Source of the DNA: Rhodobiaceae bacterium
GTDB lineage: Bacteria > Pseudomonadota > Alphaproteobacteria > Rhizobiales > G965224185
NCBI GenBank assembly: GCA_965224185.1
Contig: OZ245042.1
Location: forward strand, 804,134 to 868,133
Direction: 5' to 3'
DNA length: 64,000 nucleotides
Below, piece after piece: positions 1 to 7,955 of the stretch (the first letter of the stretch is position 1; each line of letters starts with the position of its first letter). Position numbers and translations under genes: made by a program. Under the pieces are notes generated by a model, which saw only the letters and a list, made by a program, of their open reading frames with translations, was not told the origin of the DNA and ran no database searches.

Positions 1-231
1 TATATTTAAAGCCAATGCCGGCTCGTGTGTTAGAAGAGCCGAAGTCGCCGCGAGCATAGCTATGACTGCCGTCCGGCCATACCGGCAACTAGCCTGCAAA
101 TTTATATCTATGCTATTGTTATCAAACAAAAAAACATGATCAGGCAACCGGCCGCCGGTTGACATTGCCTGGTGCCAAACAATATAAGGGGAAGTGTAGG
201 ATCAAGAATTTTGAAACCCTGACTAGAAAGG

Positions 232-945
232 TTGCAAGTTCTGACGCCCTCCAACGAACCGCTACGCATTCTCCTGGCCGATGACCATGCCCTGGTCCGC
301 GGCGGCTTATCTTTGGTCATCAAATCAGCGCTCGTTGGCTCCGAGATCATTGAAGCGAGCGACTATCGGGAGACAATGGAGCGCCTGTCGGCCGATCCGA
401 ACCTGGACCTGCTTTTGCTGGACCTGAAAATGCCGGGCGTCAAAGGGCTGGAGGGGCTCAAATATATATGCGAATCCCACCCGGAAATTCCGGTGGCGGT
501 GATTTCGGTTGAAGAAGATGCCCGCACCATCCGCGCGGCCCTCGCCATGGGCGCTGTCGGGTACATTCCGAAGACCTCCTCGCCAAATGTCACCACGGGT
601 GCGATCCAACTGATCGTATCGGGCGGGATTTACGTACCGCCCCACGTCTTGGGCGAACCGCCGCGAGGCGAAGCCGGCGACGACATGTTCCTCACCCCCG
701 CGGGCGGTCCGCGGCCGACCGAGCCGGATGCCAAGGCACTCGGCGTGACGCGCCGTCAAAAGGATGTGCTCGACCTGTTGTCCACCGGTAAGTCGAACAA
801 GCAGATCGCTGCCGAACTGGGGCTAACGGCGGGTACGGTGAAAATGCACACTTCCAGGATATTCAAGCAGCTCGGCGTCTCCAACCGGACGCAAGCCGTC
901 GCCAAGTATACCCAAATGAAGCGCGACCTTGAGGGTATCTCCTAG
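232..945 (+). CDS. Two-component response regulator, NarL/FixJ (LuxR-type HTH) family
   Basis: Translation shows a REC domain (LLADDHALVRGGL...DLLLLDLKMPG) and a C-terminal LuxR-type HTH (TRRQKDVLDLLSTGKSNKQIAAELGLTAGTVKMHTSRIFKQLG). Confidence 0.85.
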   Translation: MQVLTPSNEPLRILLADDHALVRGGLSLVIKSALVGSEIIEASDYRETMERLSADPNLDLLLLDLKMPGVKGLEGLKYICESHPEIPVAVISVEEDARTIRAALAMGAVGYIPKTSSPNVTTGAIQLIVSGGIYVPPHVLGEPPRGEAGDDMFLTPAGGPRPTEPDAKALGVTRRQKDVLDLLSTGKSNKQIAAELGLTAGTVKMHTSRIFKQLGVSNRTQAVAKYTQMKRDLEGIS

Positions 946-1149
946 CGCGTTTAGCGGTAAAATGGAGCCACAATTCACACCACACAGTCATTGTTCATAG
1001 TGAACCCGACTAAACGCAACGGGCATTAATACCAAGGGCGGGCAAAAGATCATGGACCGCGGGGAATGCGGGACATGGGGGTTAGACTACGGAAAAACAC
1101 AGCAGGAAGCACAGGCGGCCGGGTAATCCCCGTTTCCCGGCTGACCGTT

Positions 1150-1224
1150 TGGCTGGGGCGGCAGGATTCGAACCTGCGAATGGCGGCACCAAAAGCCGCT
1201 GCCTTACCACTTGGCCACGCCCCA
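1150..1224 (-). tRNA. tRNA-Gln (anticodon UUG)
   Basis: The reverse complement reads TGGGGCGTGGCCAAGTGGTAAGGCAGCGGCTTTTGGTGCCGCCATTCGCAGGTTCGAATCCTGCCGCCCCAGCCA. It folds as a cloverleaf with a 7-bp acceptor stem, a GTTCGAATC T-loop, an anticodon stem GCGGC/GCCGC and a loop TTTTGGT (anticodon TTG), and ends in CCA. Confidence 0.8.
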
Positions 1225-1416
1225 AGATCAGCGGTCGGAGACCGGTCGCGGCGCTTCCTATAGCGCCTTCGGCGATGGTCGGCAAGCGCCGGCTCGACCT
1301 TGCCGGATCACCGCCGGAGAAAAACGGCCGCAAGCGGCGGCCGGTCGGGCGCCGGGCGGCACGATTCTGCCTTGCAGGGCCGCAAGGGTGGCGGTATAAA
1401 CCGCCGGCAATCACGG

Positions 1417-1493
1417 CGGAGTGTAGCGCAGCCTGGTAGCGCACCTCGTTCGGGACGAGGGGGTCGCAGGTTCAAATCCTGCCACTCCGACCA
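1417..1493 (+). tRNA. tRNA-Pro (anticodon CGG)
   Basis: CGGAGTGTAGCGCAGCCTGGTAGCGCACCTCGTTCGGGACGAGGGGGTCGCAGGTTCAAATCCTGCCACTCCGACCA. The acceptor stem CGGAGTG/CACTCCG and the anticodon stem CCTCG/CGAGG with loop TTCGGGA (anticodon CGG) are present, and it ends in CCA. The overall pattern matches bacterial tRNA-Pro. Confidence 0.8.
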
Positions 1494-1601
1494 GAATTGC
1501 CCGTTATCCCTCAATAGCTTATACCCTTCATCCGATGCCGGCGGCGGCTGGCGATGCGCCGGTTGCCGGGCATCCCAGCACAGCCGCGAGTGGGCATCGG
1601 A

Positions 1602-2063
1602 TCACTGACCGGCCGTCTTTCGGCCGAGTTCGTTGGGCTTGAAATCGTAGAACACGAAATCGTTGCGGCTGATGCCGCCGCGCTGTTTCTTGGCTTCGCC
1701 CATCTGGCCGATCCCTTTCTGCGCCCGTTTCTGGGCGCCGCGCAGAGCTTTTTTCTGCTCCTGGGTCGGATCGTCGATGGCGTAAATCCGCGGTTCCCGC
1801 TCGTCCTTGTGCAACACCGTGAGATAGACCGTCTTGCCGATTTCCACATGATGGACGTAGCGGAACTTTTCCTGCAGCCGGTCAAGCATGCCGGTTGGAT
1901 ATCCAAGGACGTCGTTCAGGCCGAACCAGGTGGTCAGAGCCAGGGTCAGCGCGGCCGGGATCACCGCGAACAGCCAGCGGCGCTCGCGCTGCCAGACCCG
2001 GATTGCCAGGATCAGGGCGAAGATGGTGAACAGCACACCGGCTATCGTGTAGATGGCAATCAT
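1602..2063 (-). CDS. Small membrane-anchored protein (N-terminal TM helix), third gene of the MotA/ExbB-like operon
   Basis: 153-aa ORF with an N-terminal hydrophobic helix (IAIYTIAGVLFTIFALILAI) and a charged C-terminal part. Its start overlaps the stop of the upstream gene by 4 nt, indicating translational coupling. Confidence 0.55.
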   Translation of the reverse strand: MIAIYTIAGVLFTIFALILAIRVWQRERRWLFAVIPAALTLALTTWFGLNDVLGYPTGMLDRLQEKFRYVHHVEIGKTVYLTVLHKDEREPRIYAIDDPTQEQKKALRGAQKRAQKGIGQMGEAKKQRGGISRNDFVFYDFKPNELGRKTAGQ

Positions 2064-2671
2064 TGTCCGTTGTTCCCATTGGTGTTCGGCGGTTGGTTTT
2101 GAGCGATCATGATTTCCGATTCATCCAAGTCGACCACATCGCCTCCCTCATCGATGGTGAAGGCGAGAAACGTGCGCTCCTGGCCGGCCTCGCTCAACGG
2201 TATGGTCTTGTCGTAGACGACCTTGAACGGATTGAGCTTCATCATCTGCACATTGACGTCGGTCAGGGCGCTGTCGCGCTTGGAATACATATGCAGATTG
2301 AACACGTATTCGCCCTTCTGCCAGCCGCGGAAGGTGGTGACTTCCTTGTTGATGTAGACGGTCTTTGAAGACCCGTCGGGCAGTTTGATCGTGTCGGAAA
2401 TGGCGCCCGTATCATCGCGATCCAGATGATAGATCTCGACCTCCCGATTGCGGAACGACAACAGCCGTCCCGACGGTGTGCGCAGCCAGGAATCCACGTC
2501 GTCCCGGCTCTTGGCGTCCCATTCCACGACGATCAGAAATTCCGCCTTGCGCTCCACTTCCGCCTTCTTCGCCACCGGGTTCATGTGCAAAAGCACCAGG
2601 AAGAACAGGACGACGAAGGTCATCAGGACGATCCACAGAAAGTCCAGATAGGACGTGAAGAGCCGGCTCAT
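2060..2671 (-). CDS. Single-pass membrane protein with an about 170-aa extracytoplasmic domain (no recognisable OmpA/MotB or ExbD motif)
   Basis: 203-aa ORF with an N-terminal TM (FLWIVLMTFVVLFFLVLL). It overlaps the neighbouring genes by 4 nt on both sides, giving operon structure with the MotA/ExbB-like gene. Confidence 0.55.
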   Translation of the reverse strand: MSRLFTSYLDFLWIVLMTFVVLFFLVLLHMNPVAKKAEVERKAEFLIVVEWDAKSRDDVDSWLRTPSGRLLSFRNREVEIYHLDRDDTGAISDTIKLPDGSSKTVYINKEVTTFRGWQKGEYVFNLHMYSKRDSALTDVNVQMMKLNPFKVVYDKTIPLSEAGQERTFLAFTIDEGGDVVDLDESEIMIAQNQPPNTNGNNGQ

Positions 2672-3099
2672 TTGAGGATCCGCCCCTGGACGGTCAGGAA
2701 CATGGAGCAGACCAGGCCGACGGCGGTGGTCGAGAGCGCGGTGCCCATGCCGGTCGCCAGGATCAAGACCAGCTTCTTGGTCTCCGACGGACTGGTGATG
2801 TCGACGCCGTTGGTGGCGACGGAGCCTAGGAGATAGACGAAGCCGATCAGCGTGCCAAGCATGCCCAGTTGCTGCATCAGGCCGGCAATGAACTCGATCA
2901 GGTCATGACGAACCGTTGCCGTGCGGAAATAGAGCTTGCCCTGATGCAGCGTGGTCAGAAAGTAGAGCGCGATGATGCCGAAGGAGATGAAGGTGATATC
3001 GGCCTGGTAGAGGTGGTAATGCAGGTCGAAATAGGCGGCGACCGCGAAGGCGAGAATGGTGATCCACGTCCACAGCCACCAATAGAGTTGTTTGGTCAT
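2668..3099 (-). CDS. MotA/TolQ/ExbB-family proton-channel-like protein (short, 143 aa)
   Basis: Three predicted TM helices. The C-terminal segment GMLGTLIGFVYLLGSVATNG...LVLILATGMGTALSTTAVGLVCSMFL resembles the conserved MotA_ExbB channel motif. Confidence 0.6.
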   Translation of the reverse strand: MTKQLYWWLWTWITILAFAVAAYFDLHYHLYQADITFISFGIIALYFLTTLHQGKLYFRTATVRHDLIEFIAGLMQQLGMLGTLIGFVYLLGSVATNGVDITSPSETKKLVLILATGMGTALSTTAVGLVCSMFLTVQGRILK

Positions 3100-3291
3100 T
3101 TTGTCCTCATGAACGATACCGGCGGTCGTTGCGCCGGGATTGTTGGGGCAAGGCGTGCTGACGGCGATCGGACTGGTCCGGATGAACCCGCTTTCCGTCC
3201 GCAGCGGCCGCGTGTCGATGCGCGATCATCGATCAGGCCGCGCGTCCGCGGGGCGGGCGAGATGCCGTGTGCACGCATTGCGCGTTGGAAA

Positions 3292-3807
3292 TCAGGAGAT
3301 AATGCCGGGCGCCGGAACGATCAGGCAGTTGCGCACATGCCAGGTGCCGTCCGCGGCCTTTTTGACCAGCAATGCCGCCCACCAAAGCCGCCCCTTGCGG
3401 TCGGTGATGTAGGCATATTGGATTGGCTCTTGCGGGTTCTTGACGCTCAGGCCGTCCATGCGCATGTCCTTGGCGATGGTGAACGGTCCCTGCAGCACGG
3501 AATAGACTTTGAGCATGTGCCCGGCATCCTGGAATTTCGACCGGATCTCCGGTGCCGCGAGGCGATAGAGGATGTCGGCATTGCGGGACGACATGGCCGC
3601 GACATGGGCCCGCGTGATGAACGAGATTTCTCGCCGGTCGGCCTCATTGAGCGGACGAACCGGTTGAGCCTCCTGCTGCTGCGGCACTGCCGCGCGATGG
3701 GGCGGAAACGCCTGTGCCGCGGTTACGCATGCGAGCCCGACCGCCGCTGCTATCGTCGTGATTTTGATGGAAGAAAGAATCGACTGGTACATCATGCACC
3801 TCCTCAT
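3292..3807 (-). CDS. Secreted hypothetical protein (signal peptide)
   Basis: The ORF carries a signal-peptide-like N-terminus (MRRCMMYQSILSSIKITTIAAAVGLACVTAAQA). No family assignment from sequence alone. Confidence 0.5.
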   Translation of the reverse strand: MRRCMMYQSILSSIKITTIAAAVGLACVTAAQAFPPHRAAVPQQQEAQPVRPLNEADRREISFITRAHVAAMSSRNADILYRLAAPEIRSKFQDAGHMLKVYSVLQGPFTIAKDMRMDGLSVKNPQEPIQYAYITDRKGRLWWAALLVKKAADGTWHVRNCLIVPAPGIIS

Positions 3808-4571
3808 GCCAGTCGAGGCCATTGATGTATCGATAGCGAGGGTGCGTGCGGTGTAGTCCCGGCATCAATCCAATGCGATCGAATTCGCACGTTACCGATG
3901 GTATTCCAAGATGGCCTCAGATCCCGGACACCGGTAGAACGTCGTATCTCGAACTCGAACTAAAGGTTTCCCGGGGTTTTCCGGAGCTGATTGCCACACC
4001 TAGCCCGGCGGTCACCGTGGAAAAACTATCATTGGAAAGCCGCGACTACTAATACCCTCGCCAAATCGCCGCTTACAAAGTTATATGTAAGTAAAAACCG
4101 AATTGCAATTCAATTTCGCGGATTAATTCGTTTTGTACGCAAAATGACGCATGGAACCTTTCGAATACAATGTAATTTCTTCTTAAGGTAATGGGAGTTG
4201 TGTTTTGTTCAATCTTTAATACGAAATTTACGTTGCGCCTTGTCCACAATACACTTACGGATGCCAGATAATACTATTGTAGAAATTTACAGTATCCAAT
4301 TGTAGTGGTGGCATTTTCCAGGCGTTTGTAAGTGAACCTGATTCGGCCCGGTCGGGACCGTGAATCGCTGTATCGGCAGCCCGGGATCGGCAGTGCGGCA
4401 AGGTCGATTGACAACGCCGCCGCCAAGCCCTTGGATATGGATCGGCCGGGAAACGGCTTGATGTGACGAAACAGGGTCCGGCGAATTGGGGGAAGTTAGG
4501 GTGGCGCCATTGTCGGTTGATGGCCCGGTTCAGACCGGTCGCGAGGCGCTCCGGCGCTGTCGTCAGCGCGG

Positions 4572-5660
4572 TTGACCATGGACGACCGGTCTCTCCAATT
4601 CCTGGAAACCATGGCCGTGATCGGGGCCATTGGCGCGGCCGCGTTCCTGGTCTACCTGGTGTCCCGCCACTTGATGCGACGGCAGCCGTCCGATGGATCT
4701 GAGACCGGGCACCCGGCGGAACCCCATTGGGCCGTGTTCCTGATTGCCGGGATCGCCCTGGCGGTGGCGGTCGCAGTGGTGATGTGGATCTTCTTCCGGT
4801 CCGGTATGGGGGGATCCCTGGCGGGCGATTCAAAGTCGGCGACGTTCCTGGCGGTCATGTTGGTGATCGCGGTTTTGGGGATCGTCGGCTTCGCGATCGG
4901 CCTTGCCGCCCTGGTCTATGGCGGAAAGGACCGAGACCCATCCGGTTTCGGCGGCCCGGTTGCGACCGGCGAGCCGCCTCCTGAACCATCCGCGCAGCCG
5001 GCTCCGGCACGGCACAGCCCCGCCAGGCTGCGGGTGATCGGCTTGTTGGCCATCCCCGTGGCCATTCTCATCCTGGGTTGGACGGCGTTATCCCATGACC
5101 GGCAATACGCGGTGCTTGCCGGCCTGGTCTATCCGGCGGCGTTTGCCGTGGCGGTGGTGTTGTTGTTCGACAAGGCGACCCGCGCCTGGAGCCAGAAGGG
5201 GGCGGCCGAAAGCTTCCGCGAGTGGCTGTTTTGCGACGGCATCGTGTTTCTCCTGGTGCTCGCCCATCTCAATCTGATCGCCTTCGCGCCGGCGGCCGCC
5301 TATCGGGCGCTGATCGTGGATATGATCGTCGTCGCCGGTTTTGTGCTGGTGTTTCTGGCGGTCGACCGCAGCCGCGCCCGGCTGCGCTTTCTGCTCGCCT
5401 ATCTCTACCTCATCGCATTACCGATCCTCTTGATCATCTGGCAGATGGTCCATGTGAGCGACGACGCCGAGGCGCCGGTGGAGGCGGGGTCGTGGTGGGA
5501 GACGGCATGGCCGGTCTTTTTCCTGTCGATCATATTCGCGGTACTGGAGGTCATCGCCCTGATTGCCGCCCGCGGCAATGACAATCACGGGCTTCCGGCG
5601 GCAAAAGATGCCATCTTTGTCGCCCTTTACGCGATTTTACTGTTGATCGCCATTCCCTGA
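4572..5660 (+). CDS. Polytopic integral membrane protein, function unknown
   Basis: 362-aa ORF with at least 8 hydrophobic helices and GC3-rich codon usage typical of the host. Confidence 0.55.
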   Translation: MTMDDRSLQFLETMAVIGAIGAAAFLVYLVSRHLMRRQPSDGSETGHPAEPHWAVFLIAGIALAVAVAVVMWIFFRSGMGGSLAGDSKSATFLAVMLVIAVLGIVGFAIGLAALVYGGKDRDPSGFGGPVATGEPPPEPSAQPAPARHSPARLRVIGLLAIPVAILILGWTALSHDRQYAVLAGLVYPAAFAVAVVLLFDKATRAWSQKGAAESFREWLFCDGIVFLLVLAHLNLIAFAPAAAYRALIVDMIVVAGFVLVFLAVDRSRARLRFLLAYLYLIALPILLIIWQMVHVSDDAEAPVEAGSWWETAWPVFFLSIIFAVLEVIALIAARGNDNHGLPAAKDAIFVALYAILLLIAIP

Positions 5661-5881
5661 CCGCCTGCTTATCGGCGCGGCACGCCATGCATGCCTTTGA
5701 TGGTTAAAATTCCGATCTTATATAGAATGGGTTGTATCGTTGGCGTTGATTCCGTGGCGGCAATGCGCGGCCACAGATCGATTTTTGCGATTTTTCGTAG
5801 CTCAAATATTGAAAATGTGATTCATATGTATTACATATAAATACAAATGACACATGGATGATTTCGCGGAGTTGCCGCCTC

Positions 5882-6409
5882 ATGCCTGGAAAATCGGTCG
5901 CGCTGAGTGTTCGCCTGTCGCAGGAGGAAGCCTCGTTTCTTGCCACCTGGAATCCGTCCGGCGTCACGTCACTTAGCGAGAAAGTGCGCATGATCATCAA
6001 GGAGGCCGCCCAACGGCAATCGGGAACGGCGGGGTATTCGGAGCTTCTAAGCTTCTGGGAAAACACGCTTTCCGGGCCGATGCACCAGTTGCGCGAGGCG
6101 GAAGCGGAAAACGATGTTCATTCCGAATTGATGACCCAGTTCGGGCATTGGCTGCCGGATGCGGCCGCCCTGTTGATGGCGCGCATTCCCCAGCCGGACA
6201 GCGACGAGGCGACCGAAGACCTGAAGGCGTTGGAGGCGGTCATCGTCGACCGCATCCTATCGCTCATGGATCAGGTCCTGCGCATGGGCATTACCCGCGA
6301 GGGACCCTGTTATGATCCCGGTGTCGTCAACCGCAAGGCGCGGCGGGTTGCGGACGTGGCATCATTGTTGAAACGCTCATACGAAGAAGAAGGAGAGAAA
6401 CATGGCTGA
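5882..6409 (+). CDS. Putative ribbon-helix-helix (CopG/Arc-like) N-terminal domain protein, translationally coupled to pspA
   Basis: The N-terminus KSVALSVRLSQEEASFLAT...SLSEKVRMIIKEAAQ has a beta-strand plus two-helix pattern typical of RHH DNA-binding proteins. An AT-rich promoter-like region lies upstream (5700-5880). Its stop overlaps the pspA start (6402-6409). Confidence 0.45.
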   Translation: MPGKSVALSVRLSQEEASFLATWNPSGVTSLSEKVRMIIKEAAQRQSGTAGYSELLSFWENTLSGPMHQLREAEAENDVHSELMTQFGHWLPDAAALLMARIPQPDSDEATEDLKALEAVIVDRILSLMDQVLRMGITREGPCYDPGVVNRKARRVADVASLLKRSYEEEGEKHG

Positions 6410-7082
6410 GACACTTGCCTCCCGGGTCGGACGCCTGATCAGCGGTACCGCCAACAGTCTGGTCGATGCAATTGAGAATGCGGCGCCGGAAATCGTGATG
6501 GAACAGGCACTGCGCGAGATCGATCAGGCGATCGACGACGTGCGGGCCGAATTGGGCACCGTCGTTGCGCGAAATCACATGGCGACACGCCGGCTGGTGG
6601 ACGAAAACCGCAAGCATGGCGACCTGACCGAAAAGACCAAACTGGCGCTCTATGAAGGCCGGGAGGACCTGGCCAAGACCGCCGTGTCCCAAATCCTGGA
6701 TATCGAAGGCCAGATCCCGATCCTGGAAGCGACGATTTCGGAGACCAAGGATGAGGAAGCCAAGCTTGAAAGCTATATCGTGGCGCTTCAGGGCCGGCGG
6801 CGGGAAATGAAGGACGAGCTTGGCGCCTTTCGTGCCGCGCAAACCGCATCCGCGCGCTCCGAGAGCGCGGGGAGCGCGACGCCAGCGGCCTCGGGCGGCG
6901 TGGCCGGCACGGTGCGCGACGCGGAACGGGCTTTCGAACGGGCCATGGAGGGCGGTGGCGGCATCGCCGGAACGCCCCTGCCCGATCCGGACACCGCCGC
7001 CAAGCAGGCGGAGCTTGATGATCTCGCCCATCAAAAGAAAATCACCGATCGGCTGGCGGCCATACGAAAGGAGATCGACTGA
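6402..7082 (+). CDS. pspA: PspA/IM30 (phage-shock protein A, ESCRT-III-like) family protein
   Basis: Heptad-rich coiled coil. Segments such as KLALYEGREDLAKTAVSQILDIEGQI...EEAKLESYIVALQGRRREMKDEL align with the PspA consensus (ALLKEREDLARAAL...). Length 226 aa. Confidence 0.7.
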   Translation: MAETLASRVGRLISGTANSLVDAIENAAPEIVMEQALREIDQAIDDVRAELGTVVARNHMATRRLVDENRKHGDLTEKTKLALYEGREDLAKTAVSQILDIEGQIPILEATISETKDEEAKLESYIVALQGRRREMKDELGAFRAAQTASARSESAGSATPAASGGVAGTVRDAERAFERAMEGGGGIAGTPLPDPDTAAKQAELDDLAHQKKITDRLAAIRKEID

Positions 7083-7084
7083 CT

Positions 7085-7855
7085 GTGATTGATTTTATCC
7101 TCGCACCGGAAAATCTGCCCTTTGCCGTGGCGCTCGGGCTGATGCTGGCCATCGCCGTCCTGGAAGGCGCGATGACCCTGGTCGGGGCCGGCCTGTCGGA
7201 GGCCATCGACAACATGCTGCCCGGCGCGCCGGACTTGGATGCCGATTTAGATATCGCCGACGGGCCGGAATTCGACGCCGATCTTGATATCGGTGACGGC
7301 CCGTCCGCCGGTGATTTGGCGGACGCCGACGGTCCTGATGCCGGCGGCGTGGAGGCGCAAGACGGCGGGCTTACCCCGCTAACCAAGGTGCTCGGCTGGT
7401 TGCAGATCGGTAAGGTGCCGTTCTTGGTTCTCCTGGTCTGCTTCCTGGCCGTGTTCGGTCTGGCCGGGTTCATCATCCAGAACCTGGTGCAGATGGTAAC
7501 CGGCGGATTGCTGCCGTCGGTGCTGGCGGCAATCCCGGCGCTCGCGGTGGCCATTCCATCGATCCGCGTCATCGGCGGCGGGCTGGCGAAGCTGATCCCC
7601 AAGGACGAAACCTCGGCGGTTGCCAGCGGCAGTTTCATCGGGCGGATCGCGACGATCACGATCGGCACGGCAAAAACCGGGCAACCTGCGGAGGCCCGGC
7701 TGACCGACCAACACGGCCAGGTCCACTACGTGATGGTGGTGCCGGACAAGGCGGAAGACAGCCTGGAGACCGGCTCGGCAGTGCTGCTTGTCTCAAAGGA
7801 CGGGCCGAATTTCCGGGCGATCGCGAACACCAATCCGCATCTGGTCGACGACTGA
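7085..7855 (+). CDS. YqiJ-like inner-membrane protein with a C-terminal NfeD-type OB-fold (flotillin partner)
   Basis: Acidic D-rich repeats (DLDADLDIADGPEFDADLDIGDGP), two TM helices, and a C-terminal beta-rich segment (GSFIGRIATITIGTAKTGQPAEARL...GSAVLLVSKDGPNFRAI) are typical of the NfeD/YqiJ (DUF1449) family. The gene lies directly upstream of a flotillin, as yqiJK does in E. coli. Confidence 0.6.
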   Translation: MIDFILAPENLPFAVALGLMLAIAVLEGAMTLVGAGLSEAIDNMLPGAPDLDADLDIADGPEFDADLDIGDGPSAGDLADADGPDAGGVEAQDGGLTPLTKVLGWLQIGKVPFLVLLVCFLAVFGLAGFIIQNLVQMVTGGLLPSVLAAIPALAVAIPSIRVIGGGLAKLIPKDETSAVASGSFIGRIATITIGTAKTGQPAEARLTDQHGQVHYVMVVPDKAEDSLETGSAVLLVSKDGPNFRAIANTNPHLVDD

Positions 7856-7955
7856 CTTGATCCGTGGGACCACCGGGGACCCGGGCAATGATCCGACCCC
7901 GCGCCGGTAACGGGCAAACACTGTTGATATCAACAATAATTAGAGGAGAAAAACC

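Noticed and set aside
1066-1608. Several 60-130-aa ORFs overlapping the two tRNA genes
   Set aside because: They overlap well-folded tRNA-Gln and tRNA-Pro sequences and have no coding signal.
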